Origin: Eledone cirrhosa
Lineage: Eukaryota
Reading direction: 5' to 3'
DNA length: 64,000 nucleotides
Assembly: GCA_964016885.1 (NCBI GenBank)
Contig: OZ024741.1
Coordinates: forward strand, 162,750,001 to 162,814,000
In this document: positions 13,901 through 26,361 of the stretch, piece by piece
How positions within the stretch are numbered: position 1 is the stretch's first letter
Layout: every line of letters starts with the position of its first letter
Program-made: the position numbers and the translations under genes
The notes under the pieces: model-generated
Told to the model about the DNA's origin: nothing
Database searches by the model: none
What the model saw: only the letters and a program-made list of their open reading frames with translations

Positions 13901-14300
13901 GCTATTGTTGTTGTTATTGTTGTTTGTGTCTGTGTGTCTGTTGTTGTTGGGATGTGTGTTGTATATGTGTGTGCGTATATTTTGCTTTTGTTTTTGTTTT
14001 TGATGCTCCAGCGTAGTTTCGTAAATGATTTTTCTATTTCTGACAGACAACTAATCATATTTACCTTCTTGAATGTCGCAAATTTGGGTGGCAGACGTAA
14101 CACAGACATTTCATTATTATCTATTTCCGTGTTTCCATAAATGTTGGTATTTTCATTGTTGAACTCTTCAGATAATGAGGTGTCGGCCATGTTGATACCG
14201 TCAATTTTGTCGGGATATCTATTGGTATACTCTATAGTATCCCGATTTAGCTTTGCCTGTTTAAGCCACTTTAATTTTCTGTTAAAGTGCTTATTACATT
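10928..14300 (-). pseudogene. Frameshifted and truncated PLE RT/GIY-YIG ORF of copy 3
   Basis: RT and EN are intact in 10928-14050, but the N-terminal part lies in another frame. Confidence 0.8.
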
Positions 14301-14301
14301 A

Positions 14302-17300
14302 TTCTGTTGTCTACGAAAAACCATAACATCTCGACAACTACACTTCATAAAACTGTGCACCACTTCTAGAATCTACACCAACACCATCAATACCGACGTT
14401 AGAAGATTACAACTCACCAAAAAACAAGCAGATAGGCTAAAACGAACTTTAATTCTAAACATAAAAAAGAAGATCTATAGAGAATTAAGTCATCAAGAAA
14501 AACTAAAGCGTAACCTAATAGATGAAATATCTAAAATCACCACACCAGCAGAAAAACTAACATTTATAAGCCTTATACGCCTCGAAGAACAGTACATTAC
14601 TCAAGAATGTAATAAGCACTTTAACAGAAAATTAAAGTGGCTTAAACAGGCAAAGCTAAATCGGGATACTATAGAGTATACCAATAGATATCCCGACAAA
14701 ATTGACGGTATCAACATGGCCGACACCTCATTATCTGAAGAGTTCAACAATGAAAATACCAACATTTATGGAAACACGGAAATAGATAATAATGAAATGT
14801 CTGTGTTACGTCTGCCACCCAAATTTGCGACATTCAAGAAGGTAAATATGATTAGTTGTCTGTCAGAAATAGAAAAATCATTTACGAAACTACGCTGGAG
14901 CATCAAAAACAAAAACAAAAACAAAAGCAACAATATACGCACACACATATACAACACACATCCCAACAACAACAGACACACAGACACAAACAACAATAAC
15001 AACAACAATAGCAACATACCCAGATACAACACCAACAATAGCAACATACCCAGATACAACAGACACGCAGACACAAACAACAATAACAACACACACGGAG
15101 ACAACAATAACAACAACACACACATCAACAACAACAACAACAACAGCAACATACCCAGATACAACAACAACAGACACGCAAACACAAACAACAATAACAA
15201 CACACACAACAACGATAACACACACACACACGGAGACAACAACACACATCAACAACAACACACATCAACAACAACAACACACACACATTCAATGCCTCTC
15301 ACCACCACTACAATCTTAACAAACACACAGACACAGAAAACAAGTAATGACAGTAGCACAGAAATCAGAGAAATAAGAGAAAGTAATAGGATTAAAAGGA
15401 GTAGGGAGACTAAGGACAAAGAGAATAACCAAGACGAACACACAGACACACAAAATAGGGTAGATAACAACATTGAGCCAGTGGAAAGAGACAGGAGTAA
15501 TTATGAGAGACATAGAAACAACCATGAAGCTGAGGCTGCTGCTGTTGGTGGAAATAGAAACAACACAACTAACAATAGCACTAGTACACATAAAGCAGCA
15601 GCCTGGAACTCTCCGTTTTATAACCCCTCCGATAAATCATTCGACCTACGACGAGTCCACGCCACGACTTTGCCATTTAACAAACGCACGCAGTTGCCGT
15701 CGCAGGTCGATGAACAAACAGAAGCACAATTTAGTATAGCTAAATCCGAACTTAGAAATATTATAGAACAGTATAGCAAGAAGCATAATAGAATAGAGGC
15801 CCAGCAACTGGGAGAAGAATCTGCAAATGGCTTGCGTAAGCTCATGCAGCGCTCGCGTAATGGAGAGATAGCATGCTTTCCAACAGACAAGTCTGGCAGA
15901 ATGTCGGTTGACAGCCTGCCAAACTACATCCAGGCAATGCAACCCCACATCACTAACACAAGAGAGGTAACACCACAGGAGCATGAGGATAGAGAAAAAA
16001 CCCTCAATGCCCATATGGTGATGTGGACAAATATAATGCAGCCCAACAAAAGGACTGCCAACAACTTCCAGGCCTGGAACAATGACGTGCCGGCGTTGTA
16101 TGGGCTTCGAAAAGACCATAAAACGGGCTGGGACCCTGTCGCGGGACCACCAACACGGCCAGTCTGTGGGGCTAACATTGCTAGTAACTACAGACTGTCC
16201 TACTTCCTCTCCCTGATCATACGCCCCATCATTGAGATGTCCCCAGATGTGTGTGACAGCACGGAGGACCTCCTCAGCAGAATCGGCGCGGGTAACCGAT
16301 CTGGGGACCTAACAAACTGCATAATAGGCAGTATGGATGTTGTGTCCCTGTATCCATCTATTGACGTGGATTTTGCTGTGGAGAAATGCGTCGAAATGAT
16401 CAGCGAGAGCAAGGTTGAGTTCCGTGGGATTGATACCAGTGAGCTGGGACTTCTACTTAAGCTTACCCATAGTAATAGTTACCTAGACACTTATGACCTT
16501 AGCAACCTGTGCCCTACAAGACCAGCAAGAGGCAGACCACCTACCATTACCTCAATGGCCAAGAAAACCCACACAGATAGATGGAACGGGTGGACCAGAG
16601 CCATACGGACACCCGAAAACCACGATGAACTGAAGAAAATGATTGCACATGCGGTAGGGGCCAGCATAAAATTAACCCTTAAGGAACATATGTTCAAATT
16701 TAATGGTAAAACATATGCCCAAGAGGAAGGAGCAGCCATTGGTGTTAGCATTGCAGGCGACATAGCTAACTTGTTCATGGTATGGTGGGACAGTAGACTT
16801 AAACAAAAACTTAATGAACAATTAGAAGACAGCTTAACCCTGATAATGTACTCCCACTACGTAGATGATATAAACATCGTAGTTAAGACACCCCCACTAA
16901 AGAACAGTCAGGAACCAGAGAAAAACACAATGGAAAGCATCCAGCAAATAGCAAACTCCATCCACCAGAGCATTAGAGTTACTATAGACTACCCAAGTAG
17001 ACACCCCAACCATCGATTACCTGTACTAGACACAGAGCTCTGGTTAGATACTATTAACAACCAAAAACAAATCCTCCATTCCCATTATGCCAAACCCATG
17101 ACTTCCAAACATCTGATCCACCGAAACTCGGCCATTTCGGACCATACCAAAATCAACATACTGATTGCGGATTTGGTACGGGTGATGAGAAATGTGTCCC
17201 GCATGTGCAACCCCGAAGAACTAGAGAGACACATACAACACTTCATGAACCGTATGCAGTTCTCTGGCTACAATCAGAGAGATAGAATCAGAGTGTATAA

Positions 17301-17988
17301 AGGAGCCAGAACCAAATGGGAAAAAATGGTAAATAATGACATAAATGGGACCTGCCCCTTGTATAGGAGCAAATTTTGGAATAGAATAGAAAGAACTAAG
17401 AACAAGGCCAATAGAATAAACTCATGGTATGATAGCAATAAATACCAGAGTGTAATGTTCATCAATACAACCCCTAGAGGCGAACTAGCCTACAAATTTA
17501 GAAGGGCCCTAAAGAAACATAATCTCAATATTAAGATAGTAGAAAGACCTGGTACCTCCGTAAAAACACTTATTAGCAAGACATACCCGTTCCAAAGACC
17601 CTCATGTATAGATAAGAAATGTATAACCTGTAAAATAAGCCCCCATATTAACTGTAAAACTAGAAATGTAGTATATAGCATAAGATGTACTGAAGGACAA
17701 TGTAGAAACAAAAATATAGTGTACATAGGTGAGACAGCTCGTAGTATAGGGGAACGAATAAATGAACACTGGCGAGACCTCCAAGATAGTAAAGAATCAT
17801 CTGTGCTCTACCAACATGCTAAGATAGAACACAGGGGTAAATTAGAGAGCATAGAAATAAAAATAGAATCCACACACAAGAAAGACGCAATGTTTAGGCA
17901 AATTACAGAGGCAGTAAGCATAAAAGAATTAAAACCAAAATTAAATAGAAAATATGAGTGGAACAGCAACATCACAACTTACAATTAA
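14302..17988 (+). CDS. PLE RT + GIY-YIG polyprotein; frame open but start lost at the inversion junction (first ATG at 14716); SHYVDD instead of SRYVDD
   Basis: Track ORF 14287-17988 (1233 aa). Its first codons belong to inverted copy 3. Confidence 0.8.
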   Translation, partial: FCCLRKTITSRQLHFIKLCTTSRIYTNTINTDVRRLQLTKKQADRLKRTLILNIKKKIYRELSHQEKLKRNLIDEISKITTPAEKLTFISLIRLEEQYITQECNKHFNRKLKWLKQAKLNRDTIEYTNRYPDKIDGINMADTSLSEEFNNENTNIYGNTEIDNNEMSVLRLPPKFATFKKVNMISCLSEIEKSFTKLRWSIKNKNKNKSNNIRTHIYNTHPNNNRHTDTNNNNNNNSNIPRYNTNNSNIPRYNRHADTNNNNNTHGDNNNNNTHINNNNNNSNIPRYNNNRHANTNNNNNTHNNDNTHTHGDNNTHQQQHTSTTTTHTHSMPLTTTTILTNTQTQKTSNDSSTEIREIRESNRIKRSRETKDKENNQDEHTDTQNRVDNNIEPVERDRSNYERHRNNHEAEAAAVGGNRNNTTNNSTSTHKAAAWNSPFYNPSDKSFDLRRVHATTLPFNKRTQLPSQVDEQTEAQFSIAKSELRNIIEQYSKKHNRIEAQQLGEESANGLRKLMQRSRNGEIACFPTDKSGRMSVDSLPNYIQAMQPHITNTREVTPQEHEDREKTLNAHMVMWTNIMQPNKRTANNFQAWNNDVPALYGLRKDHKTGWDPVAGPPTRPVCGANIASNYRLSYFLSLIIRPIIEMSPDVCDSTEDLLSRIGAGNRSGDLTNCIIGSMDVVSLYPSIDVDFAVEKCVEMISESKVEFRGIDTSELGLLLKLTHSNSYLDTYDLSNLCPTRPARGRPPTITSMAKKTHTDRWNGWTRAIRTPENHDELKKMIAHAVGASIKLTLKEHMFKFNGKTYAQEEGAAIGVSIAGDIANLFMVWWDSRLKQKLNEQLEDSLTLIMYSHYVDDINIVVKTPPLKNSQEPEKNTMESIQQIANSIHQSIRVTIDYPSRHPNHRLPVLDTELWLDTINNQKQILHSHYAKPMTSKHLIHRNSAISDHTKINILIADLVRVMRNVSRMCNPEELERHIQHFMNRMQFSGYNQRDRIRVYKGARTKWEKMVNNDINGTCPLYRSKFWNRIERTKNKANRINSWYDSNKYQSVMFINTTPRGELAYKFRRALKKHNLNIKIVERPGTSVKTLISKTYPFQRPSCIDKKCITCKISPHINCKTRNVVYSIRCTEGQCRNKNIVYIGETARSIGERINEHWRDLQDSKESSVLYQHAKIEHRGKLESIEIKIESTHKKDAMFRQITEAVSIKELKPKLNRKYEWNSNITTYN

Positions 17989-18181
17989 GGACAAAATGAA
18001 AACACACACACACATAGAACAAACAACTTACAATTGAAAACACACACAAAATGAAAACACACACAAGACAAAATGAAAACACACACACATAGAACAAACA
18101 ACCAACCAACAATAAATAAATAAATAAACAAACAAATATAAATAGAAAAATAGAAAAATGAGCACAAACACACACAGACAC

Positions 18182-18237
18182 CCGGATGTGGCGCATGCGC
18201 AAACTGAGCACGCAACCCACACACAAACAAAATGGCG
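18182..18237 (+). promoter_or_regulatory. Putative Pol II promoter motif cluster in the pseudo-LTR (ETS CCGGATGT, NRF1 GCGCATGCGC, YY1 AAAATGGCG)
   Basis: Three consensus matches within 56 bp in otherwise CpG-poor sequence, present in all six pLTR copies of the cluster. Confidence 0.5.
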
Positions 18238-18283
18238 TAGGATAGAAGAAAGGAAAGGCACAGAAACGAAGAAAGAAATCCCC

Positions 18284-18328
18284 AGTCACTGAAGAGGTCA
18301 CAGAGTGTGTGACGAAAGAACTATGACT
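18284..18328 (+). ncRNA. Minimal hammerhead ribozyme (PLE)
   Basis: agtca CTGAAGA G gtcaca gagtg tgtgac GAAA gaac TA tgact. Confidence 0.75.
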
Positions 18329-18541
18329 ATATATATATAAACAACTATCTGGTTGTGGAACCAACCAACCAACCAGAAATTTATAAATTTGTAAATTTAT
18401 AAATATATATTAAATTAAATTGAAGTGAAAGCAACTGGTGCGTGTGTTTCTTATTGGCAACATGACCCTCCCAAAGTATAACAATATCGGTTTCAACACA
18501 CGATTTCAGATAAAGAATCTTGCTAAACAAATTCAGAAACG

Positions 18542-18636
<95 letters not shown>

Positions 18637-18671
18637 GATATTAAATAAATGGAACCATATTTATTTTATTA

Positions 18672-18786
18672 TGGTGGATTGGCAGTATTGGTAGAGGGTC
18701 GGGCGCCATGCTTTGAAGCATAGAGTTACCTCCCTTTATGATCTGAGTTCAAATCTCGCCGAGGTTAACTTTGCCTTTCATCCTTA
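18672..18786 (+). mobile_element. tRNA-derived SINE, 3'-truncated
   Basis: A-box-like TGGCAGTATTGG, B box GAGTTCAAATC and the core ctttgcctttcatcctt; matches 44846-45029. Confidence 0.7.
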
Positions 18787-18861
18787 TATCTATAGCCTTT
18801 CATCTATCCATCTATATATATATATAAAGAAATAAAGATGAAATCGAAAAAACTGGAGTAT

Positions 18862-19207
18862 TTCAAATGATATATGACCTTCAATTAGTTGAAGTGTTGG
18901 TAAAATTCCTTTCTTATAGTCATGTTAATCTTTAAATTTCGGTATATGTTTCTGAGAGAAAAAGTCTGTGGTGAAATTTTTCACAGAAAAATTTGGATTA
19001 CCTTTAGCTTAAAATAACAATCAAATTCTTAGCTAAAGGTAATCCAAATTTTTCAGTGACAAATTTCACCAATGACTTTCTATTTCTCTCAGAGAAGAGT
19101 GAATTACGACCTTATAGACATATAACGAAATTTATAGATTTACATGACAACACGGAACGAATTTTTTACCAACACTTCGAATAATTTGAGGTCATATCTC
19201 ATTCGAA
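18862..19207. repeat. Imperfect fold-back element (~150-bp arms)
   Basis: aaaatttggattacctttagct pairs with agctaaaggtaatccaaatttt, and gaagtgttggtaaaa pairs with ttttaccaacacttc. Confidence 0.8.
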
Positions 19208-20085
19208 AAGATTGTAACAAATACGTTTTTTTTTTTTATATAAGAATAATAATTTTCCATCAATAACTTTGACTATATTTGCTCTGCATTTATATATATA
19301 ACCACTCTATAAAGTGGTCGTGTAGGTGTCACGACAAAATGCACCTAGCACACTCTGTAAATGTGGTTGGCGTTATGAAGGGGATCCAGCCGTAGAAACC
19401 AAGCCAGAAACAATTGTGTATGAGCAAGACCCGGTTACCTGACCCGACTTGGCTCAAACGGGACAACCCGTCTAACCTATGCTATCGCAACACATTTACA
19501 CACACATACATAGATGTGTGTATATATGCTTGGTATATTTTGTGTTAGTTAATCTGTTATTAGTATTAGTCAACCGATACTAGATGAACAATTGGAACTA
19601 TCTTCAACCAATGGCTAACGATTGCTTACGTTTATTGTGATGATACTCTGAAGGTGTTTTAGCTAAAGCATATGTCCGCAGGAAACGACACTAATAAACC
19701 TCCTGTCGTATATCACAAAATGGAAACTGCATAAATAATTGTTATTCATGTAATTTATATTCATCTAATTTTCAGTTCATGTAACAGCTGTTTAATGAGG
19801 TCGTAGTTGTTACTTAACAGTTACCATGGAAATACGTACAACAGCGATTTTGTAATCAATAAAAGGAGATAAATTCCAAACTACTGGCTTCTACTACATT
19901 GTTAGAATCCACATATAATGATTAGCTATCGATCTCAGTGGTGTGCGCGAATAATACGGATCCTACCCCGAGCTGATCAATCAAAAAATACTCGTCATAT
20001 GCGAATACACATAATGGTGCTATATTGATGCTTCGTTCCTGGTCTTTATTATACACACACACACACGCACACACACACACACACA

Positions 20086-20182
<97 letters not shown>

Positions 20183-20539
20183 GCACGCACGCACACACAC
20201 ACACGCACACACACACGCACGCACACACACACACACACACATACACTCATACATATATATAATTAAGTATTGCATATGATTGAACAATATATATTGTAGT
20301 CAGCATATTTAGACAATTTATAATAGACACAGAATTATATGTTAAAGCAAATACATTCCTAATCTCTTCACGCTGTCGTTTTATTTTTCTTGGTGCAATA
20401 CTTACTTACACACACACAAAAAAACACACACACACACATATATATATATATTTGCATTTATGTATATGTATATGTATATCTATGTATGTATATATATATG
20501 TGTGTGTTTATAAATACATGCATATAAAACATTATTTAA

Positions 20540-23280
20540 CTGGAGAAACATTCTGTTGATGCAGTTACCACTTTTACTTTCTGAGAGATTGCTATTCTGA
20601 AAATCCAGCGGTTGATACAGCTACCCATTACTTTGCATCTGCTTGACATTGGATTCTGGCTGTTGATACTTAGAGAGTTGTATGCGTGTAGCACAAGCAC
20701 ATGCTTCCTTGATCTCCTTGTGCAGATACCTCTTCAAAGTCCTGCGGCATTGGCAAAGCTGCGACATATACACACTTAACGAGTTAGAGCTACTGAGTTG
20801 CTAATCTACACGCAGGCGGCTTAAAGTCTAGCTAACGTCGTTGTCAGTTTTTGGAATTGGAACTGGCTTGAGCGGAGTAGCCGTTTCAAAGGAGAACACT
20901 GTTCACCCCAAAATCTTAAGAGAGGTCTAGAAAAGGTGACTGAAACATTATCTGTTCCACCATTAAGCTGGCCAGCTACCTGCGGCTGACAGCTGTTTAT
21001 ACCGGCAGGAATAATAATAATAAAAATAGTAATTTTCAAAAGAATAGAATTGCACTGAATGTTTCCACATGGAATATTAGAACATTTCTTGACAGAGAAA
21101 CATCCACAAGTTCAGACCACAGACTGCTATTGTTGGCCTAGGATTGAGCAGCTATAATAGTGATATAGCTGCCTTCTCTGAAACTCGTCTTGGTGGGGAA
21201 GGTCATCTATCAGAGAGAGGTGCTGTCTCTCCTTGCTTCTGCAAAGGGAAACCAAATGGGGAGAAAAGGAATGGAGGAATAGGTTTTGCTGTCTGGACAG
21301 ATGTCACAAAGCGACTGGAGCAACTACAAGGCTTTAATGATCGAATTAGGTATCTAAGAATTCCTTTTTCAAGGGGAAGTTTCATAACTGTCATTTCAGT
21401 GTTTGTCCCAACCCTGGATAGCAGCCAGGAATCAATCATGGCTTTTTACCAAGATTTACGAGGGTGTATAACATCGATTCCACATTCAGGCAAGATCTTG
21501 CTTCTTGGAGATTATAATGCACTTGTGAGAAAGGGCGACCACATCGAGAGTGTTTTAGGACGTCACAGCATAGGCAAGATGAATGCCAATAGTCTTCTTT
21601 TTTCGCAATTTTGCACTGAAGTTGAGCTAAGCGTGTGCAATATTTCTTTCAACAAAAGAGATCCACAAGGCAACATGGATACACCCGAGATTCGAACATG
21701 GACACATCTTGGGTTATATCATTACCAGTAAGAGAGACTTCCAGGATATCTGCTCTGTAAGAGTAATGCGTGGTGCCGAATGTGTTACAGACCACAAACC
21801 TGTATGTGGCAAGATGAAGGTGCAGCTCAGAAGAAAACTGAAGAAAACTCAGAAGAAAACAGCAGGGATACAAGAGCCAAAATGTATAGACGGCTCCAAA
21901 CGGCAAGGTTTAAAAATGCAAGATGCTCTTCAAAATACACTTGATAACATTGTCTTTGGTGGAACTTGGAACAGTTTAAAACACAGGTTTACAGTGCTGA
22001 TGTACTTGGTATTAAGGCAAAACACAGACTGATTCGATGACAATTATGATGCAATCACCACGAAGAGAGTAACAAGCTGCATGAAAACTGCCTTGTCGCA
22101 GAGAGTCCAGTAAAGACTACGACGTTTGAGAAGGCATTCAAAAATGCAATGTAAAACTTGAAAGATGAAGAATAACTGGTGGTCTGAAGTTTCAGCAGAA
22201 ATATAGAAGGCTTATAACTGTGGATACCTTAAGTCATTATACAGCACAATAAAGCAAGATTTTGGACCACAACCCTAAAAAATGGCACCATTGAAGTCAA
22301 AAGATGGGAACGTCCTCATCAAGGATTTAGCAGGAATCATGAGCTGGTGGACTGAACAGTTTAAAGATTTGTTTGAAAACCATTTGTAGTAGATGAGGAA
22401 ATTATTAATGGACTGCCGCAAAAGGAGATTGTAACAGAGATGGTGAATGATCCAACCATTGATGAGATAAGGTCTACTATCAAATAGATAAACTTAGGGA
22501 AAACTCGACGTTTAGATGGAATACCTGAAGGGCTGATCCGTTTTGGAGGAAACAATATTGTTATGGCCATTCATAGGCTAGTCTTCTCTGTATGGCATGG
22601 TGGGCCTGTCCCACAAGACTGGGTAGATGCTATTTTGCTCTACAGGTTGCAAATCGGAATGTGATGATTATCGTAATATGAGTCTGCTCAAATCGGTAGC
22701 CAAAGTCTTATCCAAGATCTTGCTGAATCGTCTAATAAAATGGATCTGCCCTGGTGCTATCCAGTATGAATTCATAACTGGGTGGGGTACTATGGACATG
22801 ATTTTCTTAGTCTGTTAGCTTATGGAGAAGTGTGTTGAGTAGTAAATCCCACTGTATCAAGTATTTGTGTATCTTACCAAAGCCTTCGATGCTGTTAATC
22901 ATGCTGCATTGTTGGTCATACTGTAGGCAACATGGATGCCCTCATAAATTTGTTGGCATATTAAAACAATCCATCAAGATACAAAAGCAAAAGTGAACTT
23001 CAATGGGATACGTTCAGAGCCAATTTCAGTAGAAAATGGCGTCAAGAAAGGCGATATACTTGTACCCACTCTGTTCTCTGTCTAAATGGCCGTGTTGCTG
23101 ACAAGACTACGAAATCATTGTATACTTGCGAATTAGATCCTCTGGCAAATTCTTTAATATAAGATGTTTTAACACCAAGTTCAAAACATTTGTCAGGGAG
23201 TTTCAGTATGCTGATGATGCAGATTTTGTGACATACAGTGTAGAGACATGCAGTTGATATTGGATACCTTCTCCAATGCA
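20540..23280 (+). mobile_element. Degenerate RTE-clade LINE (APE endonuclease + RT), cut off by a PLE-derived insert
   Basis: TWNIRT, DIAAFSETRL, LGDYNA, GKMNANS, TDHKPV, YRNMSLL..VAKVLSKILLNRL, DLTKAFD-like and YADD (~23207) motifs, with many stops and frameshifts. The 5' boundary is approximate. Confidence 0.85.
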
Positions 23281-23504
23281 TCTGTCCTACGCCATCTTCT
23301 TTGGGGTGGGGCAGAATAAAGGAGAGACACAAAATAAGAAAATCAGTCACTGATAAGGTCATAGAATGTGTGATGCAAGAGCTTTGACAATATATAAACA
23401 ACCACCCGGTTATTGAACCAACCAACCGAAAATTTTAAAATAAATTGAAGTGAAAACCAACAGGTGCGTGCGTTTTTATTGGCAGCATGACCCTCCCAAA
23501 GTAT

Positions 23505-23509
<5 letters not shown>
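23281..23509 (+). mobile_element. Old non-autonomous PLE pseudo-LTR derivative with a decayed HHR
   Basis: Homologous to 18230-18484, with a short 5' inversion and core CTGATAAG...GCAA. Ends aagtataacaa(TA)n. Confidence 0.85.
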
Positions 23510-24154
<645 letters not shown>

Positions 24155-24170
24155 CACACACACACACGCG

Positions 24171-24230
<60 letters not shown>

Positions 24231-24328
24231 CACACACACACACACACACGCGCACACACGCACACACACGCACACACACACACACACACGCACACACACA
24301 CGCGCACACACACACACACACACACACG

Positions 24329-24393
<65 letters not shown>

Positions 24394-25388
24394 TCATGTG
24401 TGCGTGTGTGTGCGTATGGCTGCAGGCATACACGTATACATGTAAATCAGATACTAAATTTTCTGCCGTGAAAGACACTTACTGAATATAGCTGTATACA
24501 TTTTATCATGAACCGAAATCTTACGTATGCACATTAGTAAAGCATTGTAGACATTGAGGTATCAACAAAACAAAAGCTACTTAGTTCACATATATCTATC
24601 TTAGCTCACATATATTTATCTAGAGCCAAAGTTCATAGAAAGTTGTGACAACATGTGTGTAGTGTTTTTTAGTTTTGTATATATATATATACAGAATGTG
24701 GTACATGCATATATTTAATCCTGCGTACACATTTATAATATATATATACGCACACACACACACACACATATATGTATATATGTATGTATATATATATATA
24801 TATAGGCCCACATATAGATTTACTATATAGCGTAAGTTGCTGAAACCAAGTTCCATTTAAAATTTCATCTGAATTTACAATTAAATCCATTGTCTTTTAT
24901 ATTTCGGAATATAAATTGAAATCGTTATAATGCGTCACCAGATGTCATAGTCTGGGTAACACAAAACAAATTATTCAAGTGATTGAGAACACTTTACAAA
25001 ATCGCAATAAACCCACTCATTTATATATATATTTGTATCAGAAGTTACTTTGAAAAGTTAGTTCTAAAGTTTATTCTTCTTGATGTTGAATAGAAATGTG
25101 GCTGCTGAATTTAGAAGATCTGAGTAGGAAAATGATTGCAGTTTTCTTCAACTTATTTAATATTTATCAATGAAGTTTCCACAGACATGAGTATCTGCTA
25201 CTTCTATAGTCACAGCATCGAACAACATAATTTGTGGCATATAGATACGCCCCAGCCTTTTACGTTCTGAGTTCAAATTCTGCTGAAGTTAGGTTAGCTT
25301 TGTCTTTCAACACATTGGGGCCGGTTTGGTCGCCTTTCTCCATCCCTTCAAATTGCTAGTCTTGTACGAAAAGTAGACAGAATTATTA

Positions 25389-25429
<41 letters not shown>

Positions 25430-25435
<6 letters not shown>

Positions 25436-25625
25436 TTAATATAGATGAGATTCTACAGGACTAGAACTGTTTCATTCATTAGAAATCATCAGGAATCCTG
25501 ATGATTTCTAATGAATGAAACAGTTCTAGTCCTGTAGAATCTCATCTATATTAAAACTATTATACTCTGCTATGTATTGAGTACCTTACTTACTGTGGTT
25601 ACCTCCGATTCAACCCGGAATAACG
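25430..25625. mobile_element. Short HHR-bearing fold-back element in (TA)n
   Basis: Perfect ~64-bp inverted repeat at 25430-25560 centred on agg-aat-cct, with a unique tail to 25625 and TA runs on both sides. Confidence 0.8.
25449..25498 (-). ncRNA. Type I hammerhead ribozyme
   Basis: The minus strand reads gattc-CTGATGA-tttctaatgaat-GAAA-cag-ttctagtc-ctg-TA-gaatc. The mirrored core lies on + at 25498-25541. Confidence 0.75.
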
Positions 25626-26048
25626 TATATATATATATATATATATAAGGGCGGTGCCCCAGCATGGCCTCAGCCGGATGGCTGGAACAGGTAAAAGAGT
25701 AAGATATATATATATATATATACATACATGTATTGAGTACTATGGTGCGTTATGGTCCATCTAGTTCCTTACCACACTTCCTTCGTTATATATATATATA
25801 TTATATGTGTGTGTATGTATATATAAAGGATCGATCGACTTTCGTCAAATCGGACCGAGGGAACAATGTTTCCATTGGTCTTTCCAGTTGCTAATACTAT
25901 CTATCGGTCGCAACTCCAGGTAGAAGGAGCAACGTGAAATAAAGTGTCTTGCTCAAGGACATAACGCATAGCCTGGTCCAGGAATCGAACTCACAACCTC
26001 AAGACTGTGAATCCAATTCTCTAACCACTCAGCCACACGCTCTCACTG

Positions 26049-26285
<237 letters not shown>

Positions 26286-26361
26286 ATGTATGTATATATA
26301 TATATATTTTAAATATATATATATATATATAATATATATATATTTTAAATATATATATATA

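Larger units (their letters stand above)
10432..14300 (-). mobile_element. PLE copy 3, 5'-truncated; inverted partner of copy 4
   Basis: ORF 10928-14050 plus 13597-14190, with a frameshift in the (AAAAAC)n tract near 13985. Reverse complement of 14606-18484. HHR at 10588-10632. Confidence 0.92.
14302..18544 (+). mobile_element. PLE copy 4 with the long 3' tail
   Basis: Open frame to 17988, followed by a 3' UTR/pseudo-LTR ending ...attcagaaacgaaa(TA)n(CA)n. Confidence 0.93.

Noticed and set aside
14302-17988. Naiad/Chlamys-type or selenoprotein PLE; telomerase
   Set aside because: The endonuclease is C-terminal, there is no in-frame TGA in the intact copies, and GIY-YIG with pLTRs excludes TERT.
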